A model generated the notes under the pieces. It saw nothing but the letters and a program-made list of their open reading frames with translations. It was not told where the DNA came from and made no database searches. A stretch of DNA of 64,000 nt. Source: Raillietiella orientalis. Lineage: Eukaryota. The position numbers were made by a program, and so were the translations under genes. The first letter of the stretch is position 1. Every line of letters starts with the position of its first letter. Shown here in pieces: positions 23,891 through 35,672 of this stretch. The stretch is taken from positions 6,076,001 to 6,140,000 of the forward strand of contig JAYWIR010000001.1 in NCBI GenBank assembly GCA_036172245.1, written 5' to 3'.

Positions 23891-24799
23891 ACCGTCGCTG
23901 AACAGAAGCGAAGTGAAGTCCAGAAGCACGTGCTGGGTCGTCTGCTGACCTCTTGCTGTGGGTGCCGCCGGGGTTTGCTTGCAGCACAGCTGTCGATTGT
24001 CCACAGTGAATCCTCAGCTGGCGGAGAGCGGCGATGGCAGTCGAAGAAATGCCCACGGGGAAAGCGGCGGAGAAACCCTTCGCGACCTCGTTCGAAACGC
24101 CGCCGGAGATGGTCGCACCTTCAGAGGAAAGCATGGACGCCTGAGGGAGCCTCCCAACCTCCCCTATCGCCCCCTTTTAGGCGGAGGTCGCGGCGGCGAC
24201 ACCAAACGGAAACCCAAGTTCCCTCCCCCCCCGCCAGGTGCGGGTGGCATCTCATGGCAACGACGGGAACGTCCTCCACTCGAGGCCGCAAAGCACGTGG
24301 ACGAAGTCGGCAGGCGTCGCGGACGCGGAAGGACCCTCGCGTGACGGAGGCAGCGCGTCCCCATGCCGAAATCCCCGGCCGCAGCACAAAGAATGGCAGG
24401 TTGGAGACCGCTGTCGCTAGGCGTCTGGCGTCCACCCGCAAAGGGCCCAGGGTTTGGTTGGAAACCGAAACGCTTGAGGGCGGGCGATCGACAGCCGTGC
24501 CGCCTGCCCACGGGGACAGGGCTTGTGCTCTCCCTGGAGCGGAACTCCGCCCTGCGACCCAGACTCGTCGAGGACCGCAGCAAAGGGTCAGCGAACGACC
24601 CGGCATGGACTCAGCAAACTGTCATGGGCACCCCACCGCACGAATGGACGCGCGAAACCGTGCAGAAAAGCTCAGCAGAAGGCTTCCCAGGCGGAACGGC
24701 GCAGGACCAGGCGCTTACAAATTCCCGCACGAGGAATCCCGAGGGACGCGCAGACTTCTAGATGAGCGGAACGTGCGTTCCTCAGCCTCCTGCTCTTCA

Positions 24800-25880
24800 T
24801 CTCGGCAACTCAGCGCGCGATGCGCAAGATGAGTCCTCCGAAGGCACCGGATGCTGACAATGCTGGCTGGCAGTACTGAAAGGGGGGAGGGGCTAGAGGG
24901 ACGCTTCCCATCGCTCCGCCTGGGAATTCCCCGAGAGCTGCAGCATTTCCTGGCTTCCCATGGGGAAAGACGCACGGCGCGAGCGGGGCGCCTGCTGCAG
25001 GAGATCGCGTGCTCCACCCGCGCGAGATGCCGTGGGCTCCGTTCGCCCCCCTCTCCCCACTGCTGTCCTCCCTAAGGGAAGCGAGGGACAGCTACCTTTC
25101 CGGCAAGGTGGGAAAGTGACATGCCACATCAAAGGCAGGAAGAAACTTCTGAGCGCGTGGGGAACACGAGAGGGGACGCAGCGACCCCGAGTGTCCCGCT
25201 CAAAAGCTCTTGTACTCTGAGACCAGCTGCTCGCGACCCCTACAGAGGAGGGTGAGGTGGTCCCTCAGCCTGCTGGAACAGTGATGCCCTCCCCCTCGAG
25301 TGGCGGGAGTTGGCGGTGCATGGGAGAATCCCGTGCAAGACGACGCCTTCACTACTGGACACGGGGGAAGGTCGGCGCGGGAAGTAGACTTAAGTTCTCC
25401 CACACCTGCTGTTGGACTGTGCTATCTTCCGGCTCCTTTGGGATCTTCTCGAGGCAACCCCAGGATCCCCGGTGGGCGGCCCCAGGGACATTTTCAGACG
25501 CCCCTTCGTGCCTGGTGCCTCACTGCTGCCACCAGCCGCGTCCCTCCTGCAGTCCTCTGCTGCCTTCGCGGGGATCGTGGTGGCCTGGAACTCCAGTAAA
25601 AGAGGCCGAAACGGCAGGACGCCATTCTCTAGGCGCAAATCTTCCTGAAGACCGCCTCGAGATGGCCCCACCTGGGTGAACAAAGGACAGAACTTGTGAG
25701 CATCCTGGACGGGACGCCTGGCACTGAGCTGTGATCCCTTGCCCGGGCCCCCTCTCCCTTTCCGAGAAAACACCCACCCACTCCTTTCTTCTGCTTATTT
25801 CTTTTATATATATATATTTTTTGTGTATATATATATATATATTTCCAGTCTTCCCCTCCCCTTCGCTGCTGAGGGCCTGC
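24800..25880 (+). mobile_element. Degenerate L1/Tx1-like non-LTR retroelement 3' part, copy A
   Basis: Homologous to copies B-D: LHYWTRG / HLLLDC-type segment, shared stop context CTGTGATCCCTT (TGA 25732-25734), then a T-rich tract. 5' boundary approximate. Confidence 0.6.
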
Positions 25881-28049
25881 TGCATATTCACACGGAAAGA
25901 CGTAGTAGGAGTCTGTACCTTGTACATGGCTCCGTATCGAGTCCGTACACGCGTACGCCTGCGTGCGAGCGTGTGCAATTCCGCGCGGGAGCGGATTTTT
26001 CACAACCCTTCAAGGCACGGTACGGTCTGTACACAAATACCGGTGCAGTGAGATCGTGAGGGGAGTTCGTGCGGGCAGCATCAGGGGGACGGCGGAGCGG
26101 GGAACCCTCCTGGCCCCTTCTCCGCACGCGAGCCGTGCTGGGGAGCAGCGTCGGCCCTGGCTGGGGAGAGCGCATGCCCGCGCGCGAGGGCTAGACCGGC
26201 CCGAGCGTCGGGCGTGGCAGGCGGGACCCGACGAGGGAGTGCAGCCGCCCAGTGGCGAGGTCAGGGTGTTCCTCCCTTCGCGAGGGGGGATAGCAGCTGC
26301 GCCTGGGACCGCGAATCGGACGGAGGACGCCGCTCCGCCTCCTCTTGGTCGGCAAGGAGGCACGCACGTCCTCTTCCGGAGGTGCTGCCTCCTGGGACCG
26401 TGCTTCTCGGGCCGGCCGCAGCAGCCAAGGAGGGTCGAGCTGCCCTTCTCTTGGCCCCGGTTTTGGCCGCAGCGCGCGGAGGTCTGCAGGGCTGCCAAAG
26501 CACCCGCCGGTCCGGATGGGTGGGGAGGGCACGCGACTGCGTGCGGCGCTCAGGTCGTCGGCTTCGCGCGGGGCCAGCCCGGCCCCTCAGTTCTCCCGTC
26601 ATCACCGCTTTCCTTCCACCACCACCATCCTTTTTTTCTCTCTTATTTTTTGGTCCTCGGGAAGCTCCGGAGGGCCGCTCGCCCCCTCAGAGAGGGCATC
26701 GGAGAAGCTCGACGATGCCTCCACCTGGGGGGCTTGCAAAGCTCTCGGATCAATGCCACCTGAGGGCGCGAACCCGTAGGGACCACCCCAACTAATCCGG
26801 AAAGGCTCCGAAGGAAGGATCCCGTCTCCCTCTTCCTCCTTTTGGTCGGGAGTAACCCCATAGGGAACCCTCTCCCTGGTTGTCTCCCTGGCGTTCGCCT
26901 CGGTCTTCTACGCTTTCGCCTGGCGCGCTCGAGGCGCTCGCTCTCCGTGGGCAGGAGTCCCAAACACCCTTCCCACGGAAAAGATCCCTCTGATGTATCC
27001 GGATGGTTGTGACAGTCGCCCCGTGGCAGCAGCACTTGCGCTTCAAGCTCTCCCGCGAGACCTCTCCGCTCTCTCGCGGGTGGCAACTGAGGGACAAGGC
27101 CAAGGAACCGCCTCGGAGCCTCTTGGATCGCAACGGTCCTTCCGCCTGCTGCTTGCAGGGCCGGAGTGAACCGTGGGGAGGCTGGTTCAGGACGGCTACG
27201 TCCCCGACGGAGCGGCGCTAAGGCGGGCAGGGGGACTCTCGCGGCTCCGTGGACTCTTCCGTGCTCCTGGAGGCGTCTGCTGAGAAGGGCCGACACGCAG
27301 CTCAGAAGGAGCGGTGAGAATGGCAGGTGGTCCACCATCATCGTCATCATTTTTTTCTTATCCATTGCCTCTTTCCTGCACCGTTGCGGCCGACTGCCGA
27401 TTCCCCCTCCCCCCTTCTCCTCTCTTTCCCTCTAGAGCTCCGTCTCCTCCCACGTGGGGGCGAAACCCCAACTTTGTCCGTTTAATTTCGGATGGGGGGA
27501 GGGGGCCCAGAGCACGCACTGGCGGGAGTGCATAGCCTTCAACCCACTGGCAAACAGACTTTTCCCTCGGTCACGTGAAGCGGTGCTGCCACCTGTCAGA
27601 GGCAAGCCGCAAGCATTGTAGCCTGCGATGGAGGCTATGCGGAGAGGAGGGGGGGAGGGGAGGCTCGAGCGAGATCTGGCGATTGCGAGTAGGGTTTCCC
27701 TGAAAGAGACCCATCACTACCGCTGGTGCCGAAAGGTGATGGTTGGGGTCGACTCCTTTCCCACCTGACCCTTACGTCCCCCTCTTACCCGCGATACGTC
27801 AGCCCGAGATCCTGTCCTGCCTCCTTGATGGCCGTTGCCGCTCGACTCTTCTGCTTGCTCGTCCTTGGCGCCGCGGCCGTGGACGGAGAGCTTGGAGGCG
27901 GAGAGGCGCGCTCACCCCTTCCCGGTCACCCCCGCACTTGTAGCTCCCCAGGACTTTCCTGGTCGCTCGCGACGGGGTTTACACCGGCGCTCCTCTCGAA
28001 GGTTCGCCAAGGGTCCTCCCCCGATTCTCGGGGGGCCTTCACTCGTTTC

Positions 28050-29800
28050 TCACCCGGGTGCGTCGGGGCGTTTATTCTCCCGAATAAAACATTTTACAGA
28101 ATCTGTGGCTGGACCACTGGGCCAGTCACATGCTAGATGATCAAAGTCTGCCGGGTCACTGGTGCGCAGACCGGTGCGGTCCGCCTCGGCAGCAGAGGGG
28201 AGGGGGCATACACAAAAAGAAAAACGAAAATGAAAAATAAATCAAAAAAACTGGGGAGGGCATGGGAAGGGATCACAGTCTGCTGGGAGGAGATCCGTCA
28301 CATCCTCTGCAGGATGCCGGCAAGCTCTTCCTGAATATTGGATTCCAGGTGGGACCAGCGCGTTGCCATCCTCAGGAAGCGGACGGCGTATTCGCTGGCA
28401 TCCCCATCGCTGGGTCCTCCCGTCGCCTTGCTCCATGCAATCCCGCGTAGGCAGCACAAGGCTGCTAGCGAGGTCGCTGGTGGGAGAGCGTCTCGAACGA
28501 GGAGGAGTCTTGTTGCGTCTCTGGGGTTGCCACAGGGGATACCTTCGGTCGCAGCAAAGCGTTCCCATAGGGATCGGAGGGCAACATAATCCACTAACAG
28601 GTGGGGGAGGGATTCCCGCTCCCCACACCTAACGCAATTGGGATCGATACCCTCCCGAGTCCAGTGGTGGCGTTGCACGGGAGACCCCAGTGCAGCAGCA
28701 GCAACGCCGACTGCTGCCACTTCAAGGGGAGGGTGACGGTGTTCATGAGCACTGGGTGCCACTTCAGATGCTCCAGCGGAACATCCAGCAGCTCGCCCCA
28801 GCGCGAGAGTCCATGAGGGGTTGTACTCGGGGTCGCAGCGTCGGCCAGTTGGCCCGTCTTCCTTTACACCCGGATATGCCGGGCCATTTATTTTACAATA
28901 AAAATACAGGAATTTTCTTGTGGCGAGCCCATTGGCTCACCACACCAAGACAGCTTGCTTCTTGCCGGTGCGGAACCGGCGAGGTCCATCCGACGCACTG
29001 GGGTTGAGAACAAGAAAACAAAAGAAACAAAAAGTTCAAAAGTAGGGAGGGAACCACTGTTCTGGCCCGTCTTCCATTCCCCTATTCTCTTCTCCCTTCC
29101 AAAGATTTTTGCTCTCACCTCCCATGCCGCTGCAACGCTGCTGCCCAGATGTTTCCTGGGGGTGAGCAGTGCCGCAGCTAGGGAGGTTCTTCCTGCCCAC
29201 GCGCTTTTTCCGGGATCCTTCTGGATCTCTCGGAGCGTGCAGCTGTTGTTGCGCGCGTACGCAAAGCGTCACTCTTGTTCCACGCGTTGGTCGTGGCTCC
29301 TCGCCCACGTGCGAACAGTTTCCTGCAGCCAGGCACTTCCGTTCGCGGGACGACAGGAGATCTATCCCGAGTTCTTCCACGTCACGTTGGCCACCCTCTG
29401 AAGCTGCAATCCGCAGTGAACGATGTGGCGGCGATGGAGCGCAAAGAAGGACGCAAGTCGTGCGTTGCCGGTGGCTTTCTTGACGAGAAGACGTGCAGGG
29501 TGGCACCAGGTGGTGCTCCACAGCTTCGCCACAAGGGCGGTCATCCAGAACTGGAGCTGAAGCTCCAGCCGCTCTAGCGTCAGAAGGCCAAGGCCGCCGT
29601 CCCGACGCGGAACGCACAAGTCCTTCAACACAACTTGGGGCCTCCACTCGGACGGCATCTGCCTGGTGCCTCCCTCCCTCCTCCCCCTCCTCAGTCTTCT
29701 GGGCTCCTCCCCTCGCTTCCTCGGGAGCCTTCCTCCAGCTTCCTCTCCTGCCTCTACCGTTGCTCTGCACTCTCGGGAGGTGGCCAACCACGAAGGGCCA
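28050..29800 (-). mobile_element. Degenerate L1/Tx1-like non-LTR retroelement 3' part, copy B
   Basis: RPQVVLKDLCVPRRDGGLGL (the post-RT L-C-x-P-xxx-GGLG motif of L1/Tx1 ORF2) and DPNCVRCGERESLPHLLVD (zf-RVT-like CCHC finger); frameshifted; conserved 3' tail. Confidence 0.75.
28863..29062 (-). mobile_element. 200-bp 3'-tail-only retrocopy nested inside copy B
   Basis: Flanked by a perfect 13-bp direct repeat TGGCCCGTCTTCC (28850-28862 and 29063-29075). Homologous to the 3' tails of copies B, C and D. Confidence 0.8.
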
Positions 29801-31863
29801 CTGCGAGGTTGCAGAGTTTCTTTCCCTTCCCCTGCTAGGAAGCCTCGGTGACTCTCCCAGACCGGAGCTACCCTCCCGGCCAGCTAAGGTCTGCCCAACA
29901 CTCCGCACGCGCAACTGTGGTGTTTCGGGATCACCGGGAGCCTCACCACGACCCCCAATGGTGCGCACATCCACGCCCCGGGCCCGTTGCCGCATAGGTA
30001 GGTAGGAACTGTGGGGGTCCTGCGAGATCTAGGAGTCCACGGGCGGCTGCCGCTGACCGCCACAGAGGCGAAGGAAGGGGACAACACGGGAGCAGGTTAG
30101 CGTCGCGCGATGGGATGGAGGGCGATGGGATGCCGGCAGCTGCTGTCCCTCCGCGGCCTCTTCCGCAGCGCGCGCGGGATGCAGGCAACCCTCCAGCCGC
30201 TGCCCTCCGTGAGCGCTTCCCGCCGCCTCCGGGAATCAACGGAAATCGCGGGCGGTCCGCTCAGGTCGCTCGTCCCCCACCGATCCGGGGATGGCAGGTT
30301 GCCGATTCCCATTCCCGTCCCAAGGGAAAACCAGGAAAAGCAGGCACAGGAAAGCCTTCGTCAGGATGCGCTTCCGGTCAGTCGCGATTGCGGGAAAAGT
30401 GGATGGAAAGCTGCTGCTTCCTGCCGTTTCTTTCGGTGCCTTCGTTTTCGCGTGCGCCGCGGAGAGCGCGGCCGACGCCATCGCGCGGCGAATCGTCCGA
30501 CGAGTGTCGCCATCGCGCTGAGCCCCGTCGGAAAAAATTTCTACGAATTTAGGTAAACGTGGAATGAACTTTCCACCCCAAGATGCAAATCGAGGATAAT
30601 GTAGAGAGCACACTCATCCTTCTTGGGGAAAGCAAACTGCGAGCAGCGAAGTTTCAAAAGTTCCGAAATGTCGATCCAGTATCGGGGGGAAGCGGAGGCC
30701 CTGCTGCCAACAACCGGTTGCCAAGGTTTCAGGACCGGGCGGGAACGGCGCTGCCCCCCCATGGTTGCTGCGCGTTTCTTGCTGCGGAGCCGCCGCCGTC
30801 GCTTAGGAAGCAGCGAAACTTTTCTTCATCTCTCTCTCTTGTTCGTTCGTTTCGCACGGAAGCCGTCCCCGAGGCTGACCGCTGGAGAGAGGGAGGAGGG
30901 GGTGGGGGTGGACGCGCGCCCAGCAGCCGACGCCCAAGCAAAGTCCGAGGTCTCGGCCATACGCCTCGAGGGAGGAGGGAAGAAACGTGCTGAACATGGA
31001 GAAGAGGGCCATTCTGAATCTGAATTTAGGAAGGCGGGCATTCGCCGTACGTGGAGTGGTGGCTGACAGCTCGCTCCTTTGACGGGGGAGCACCCGTCGA
31101 GGCAAAGGGAAACGCCCTCCACCGCCACGCGCCTAAAGCTGCGAACTGCCGCCGAGCGGCACCGTCGAAACGCATCCCGTAAATGGCAAGCCGCGTTTCG
31201 GTCCAAAACCGCTTGTTGTTTATGGCGCTGTTACCGCCCCCATTCCGTCCCACCGGCCGTCGTCATCACCCCCCTCGCCCTGCTTTGAGGGATGCCCTAC
31301 GACGCCACGTTCGAAATCGAGGAACAGCATCGCTCGAGGAGCGGAGGCGGAGTCTGTCTGCCTGCCCTCATCCCTGCCAAAGACAGGCAGGCGAGCGGTC
31401 ACCCAGGAGTCGAAAGGCGTGCCCTCGGGATCAGCGGCCCTTCCGAAGCGAAAGGCTCGCGTGGCTTGCGGACCGCAGGGGTCACGGCACGCATGCGCTG
31501 CATCGCGAGTGCTCAACTCAAAGAACGAACCGCAGACAAACGAGCCACCAGGCATTCCTTCTCCCACGCTCAGCCTACCAACAAATGTGCTACGAACACT
31601 GCTGTAAACAACCTTACGTACAGGACCTCCCACTCGTACGTGGAAAGTACTACGTGACTATACATTGTATGCACATGAATGAGTACAAACGCAATGGTAC
31701 ATGGTACTACGAAGAAATGGCTCTTTTCGCCAGCCACATCAGCCGCCTTACCATTCCAAATACCATACTATTATTAATAAGTGCCACGTACACAAGTTGT
31801 GCGTGAGTTGTACTGACAGTCCCCTTCCGGGAATGCTCAGCAGCACACAAACAGTCTGGATTA

Positions 31864-33120
31864 TCACCCGAGTGCGCCGGGGCGTTTACTTCATAACCAC
31901 GAGCATTCATAATGTGTGTGGCGAAACCGGTGGTCCAACCACGTCCATCTCCAAAGGAACCTGCCGAGTTGCCGGTACGCGCACCCGCAAGGCCCACCAA
32001 GGCAGCAGAACGGAGGAGGGCAAACAAAATGATGAAAGAAGAAGCAAAAGTGAAAATAAATAAATAAGTAAATAAAATTGGGGGTGAGGTGGGGTGCGGG
32101 AAGGGATCACGCCCTGCTGGGGGCGGTCCTCCGCATCCTTTCGAGGATGCCCGCAAGCTTTTTCTGGATGCTGCTCTCGAGGTGGGGCCATCTGTTGCCA
32201 CCCTCGTGAATCGGACGGCGAAGTGGATGTGGCACCCCTGTCGCTGTGGCACCCTCCTCTTGCGTGACTCCAGGCAGCTGCAATCCCGTGAAGGCAGACG
32301 GGAGCTTCCAGAGAGGCTGCTGCTGGCCGAAGGGCGTCACGTAGGAGGAGGGGTCTTGATGAGTCCCTGGGGTCGCCTCCGGGGGCTTCCTAGGGTCGCG
32401 GCAAAGCCGCAGGGCGACAGCACAATCCACAAGCAGGTGCGGGAGGGATTCGCGCTCCCCGCGTCGGCCGCAGTTCGGGTCCATCCTCCCCACCCTTCCA
32501 TGTCCAGTGATGCTGGCGGGCGTTGCACGAGAGACCCCAGCAGCAACGCCGACTCCTGCCACTTGGAGTAAGGGGTCCACGAGCACTGGGGGCCACCGCA
32601 GATCTTCCTCTGGAATATGCAGCAGCTCGCCCCAGGGCAAACGTTCTCGAGGTGGGGCAGTCGGGCTCAGTCAGTCACCCAGTCCTCTACTCCTACCGGA
32701 GATTTCGACGGTGACCTTTCATCTAGCAGGACGGCTGCTGCCCATGTGTCCTCTCAGGGAGGGCAGCGCAGCGGCAAGGGATGTTCTTCCCACCCATGCA
32801 CTTTTCCCGGGATCTTCCAGGATCTCTCCCGGCAGTTGCTGTAGGGCCCGTACAGGAAACGTTGTGCCTGTTCCGGGCATCGTTCCTGGTTCCTCGTCCA
32901 CGTGCGATCGGTTTCCTGCAACCAGGCACTACCGCTCGTGGGGCCATAGCCAGTCTGGATTTCCCCTTCCAACGGTTCCCTGCCCCACCGACCCTAGCGC
33001 CTGGCTGGATGAAACGGCTGGCACGTGGACGTGCGAAGCTGAAGACCTACTCAGAAGAGTGGAACTGCCTGCGTCTCGGCGGCCCCGCTCGCCTCTCGCT
33101 GCGGAAGATCGTGGGGAGTG
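31864..33120 (-). mobile_element. Degenerate L1/Tx1-like retroelement 3' part, copy C
   Basis: WGELLHIPEEDLRWPPVLVD and MDPNCGRRGERESLPHLLVDC; DNA at 32750-32950 aligns with 29150-29350; same stop context and tail as the other copies. Confidence 0.75.
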
Positions 33121-33164
33121 CCATCATGGGCGCGTGAGCGGGGCACACACCCCTTGCTGCAAAA

Positions 33165-34081
33165 ATGCCCTCCCTGAGGGGAAAGCACTTGGCAGCAGCC
33201 AACCGGCGAGGTGGGAAGTCCCTTGAGAGATTGCAGGCAGGAGATGGACCTTTGGGACAGCTAGCGGATGCTGCGACTCCAAGCGCCTTCCCACGAGGAA
33301 TTCAACTCTGGGGCGAGCTGCCCAGTATTCCTAGCGAAGACCTGAAGTGGCCCCAGGTATTCGTGGACAGCAGCGGCCTCCCTGTGAAGTGGCAGCAGTC
33401 GGGAGGCACTTCTGCTGCTGCGCTGGAGCTTTCCCTGCAACGCCCGCTGACACCACTGGACGCTGGGGTGGAGGGGGAGGGCGATACCGAGCTGTCGCAG
33501 GTGCGGGGAACGGGCAATCCGTCCTCCCGCTCCTGCTTCGGGACTGGGTCGCCCTCCGATCCCTGTGGGATCGACCCTCCAGATCCCGGTTGGGCAACCC
33601 CAGGGACGTTTCACGGCTCCTCTCCGTGCGGACACCCTTCCACCAGCAGCAGCCCCAGCAGCTCTCCGCTGCATCCGGGGGATTGAAGCGGTCGGAGAGA
33701 CGCCAACGGAGGAGAAAGGAACGAGAGGGACGCCGCCCGGTTTGCAGTTGGCTTTCCGCGGATAACAGCCAGATGACCCCACCTGGGACCTATTCGGACG
33801 GACCTTGCCGGCATCGTGGGAAGGATGCAGAGGACTCCCTCCGGCGGACTGTGATCCCTTACCCGACCCTCCATAGTGTTTTCTTATTTATTTTTCGTAA
33901 TTCCTTTCACTTTGTTTTCTCCTCTCCCCTCCGCTGCCGAAGTGGACCTCCGCCGTCCTGCGTGCCGGCGACCCGGCAGGTCCCTCGACCAAGGGAGCGC
34001 GTCCACGCGACCACGCGTGTCCCACCAAGACCGTGGGGGGTTTCTCGGTCGCTTCAACAAGCGTCCCGGCGCGACCGGGTG
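33165..34081 (+). mobile_element. Degenerate L1/Tx1-like retroelement 3' part, copy D (divergently oriented to copy C)
   Basis: WGELPSIPSEDLKWPQVFVD, QSVLPLLLRDWVALRSLW, stop context CTGTGATCCCTT, T-rich tract, and tail hairpin CCCGGCGCGACCGGGTG. Confidence 0.75.
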
Positions 34082-35672
34082 GCAACCACCAACGCCTCCC
34101 AGGAGCGCACGAATCGCTCCCGATCTTCGATGGCCGCCTCCGATCTTCAGCGCCCGTTTCGGCCACCACAGTCCAGTCTGCGCCCACGAGCCGCACGTGG
34201 CCGTTATTTATAGATTGTGTGCAGCTATTTATAGCATCCCGTAGTGTGTGGAACGGTGGAGCGGCAGATGAGGCTGGCGATAAGAAAAAGAGCCATCTCT
34301 TCGTGGTACCATGTACTACCGCGTTTGTACTTATTCGTGTGCATACAATATCTACTCACATAGTTCTTTACGCGTACAACTGGGAGGTACCGTACTTACC
34401 GCAAAGGATTTGTTGACTCCTGTTCCACCATGCCGTTCCGCTGCGCCCACATCCCTCCTGCCGACTCAGCCCAGGCGCGCGGAGGGATTGATGGCCTCCC
34501 GGCGGCGGCGGAAGGGCCAAGCAGTTTCCCCGTGGAAGGGTTTGGGTCCGAGCCCGCCCCTTCCTTTCCAGACGCGAGGTGACCGGTCCGGGGCGGAGAT
34601 TGCGACCCCTCGTCAGCCGCTGGTCCTCTCTAGGAGCAGGAGCTTTCGCTGGCTCGGGTCGCGGAGAGCGCCAACGGATGGACGCGGCGACTGGGATCCT
34701 CGTTCCGGGAGAGTGAATGTCCAGGGAAGACGCGGTGGTGACCACCACCTGGGGAGGGCGCGCATCGCCTGTGCGCAGAGGACGCGAGGTCAGCACCCTC
34801 GGACACGGGCCACGTCCTCCCTGGCTCCGCCGAAAGGTACGGCGCCATTCCCGCTGCCGTCCGCAGGCTGCGGTACTTCCACCAGAGGTGACGCGAGTTC
34901 CCGAGGGGCGTGGCAGCCTCCGAGAGACCCTTCAAAGGGGGCGCAGTAGGGCACCCGCACGGCATGGCGCAAAATGGACGCAGACGCACCCCGAGGCGGG
35001 CGTCCGCGCGCCGAAGGGACGGAGGTCGTCCTCCGTGCCGTCGGCGGCGCCGCAAGGGGAGCGGCGCAACGCGGCGACCCGCGTCCTCCTCGACGGGGCA
35101 GCAGCTGACCCCTTCATCCTGCCCCTTCCCGTCGTCGTCCTTCGCAGCATCGACAGAATCGGAAGGGGAAGCGGGAGCGGAGCGCCCTTCGCTCCCGCTG
35201 CTGCCCTCTTGTGGGCCCGTCCGCCTCGGGTCGCTAAGAGCGGCAGGCGCGACACCAAAGTGCGCGGTGCACGGAATGTTCTAATTCTCATGTTTTTTTT
35301 TGTTTTTTTTTTTTTAAAAAAAAAGGGAAAAAAACGGGATAAAAACGTCTTCCCTGTCTTTTGTCCTGTTTCTGGCAGCTCCTTCCCGTACACCCTCCCC
35401 CCTATTCCCCTTCCGGTGCTTCTCTCCCTCTTCCTCTGCACGTGGACAATGGAGAGTGCGCGTCCGGTGTGTGCGGCGCGCTTCGTCACGGGAACCATCG
35501 CCGCACGAGAGAGACAGAGAGAGAGGGGGGGGGGACTGGCGGATAGAGGGGCGGCGCGCCGGGAAAGGAGACGGTCATGTGCTGCGGCGGTACCCTCTGT
35601 CGGCGGAGAGGGAAAGTCTCCTCATCGCGCGGCGCACCGCTGCGGCAGCACTCTCGCCGGCCTGTGGGCCAG

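Noticed and set aside
27436-27500. HDV/CPEB3-like ribozyme loop (TCCCACGT)
   Set aside because: The P1 and P2 pairings and the catalytic junction could not be completed.
31600-31790. Coding potential of the duplicated AT-richer block
   Set aside because: Frames stay open in both copies, but replacement changes outnumber silent ones in the two frames examined.
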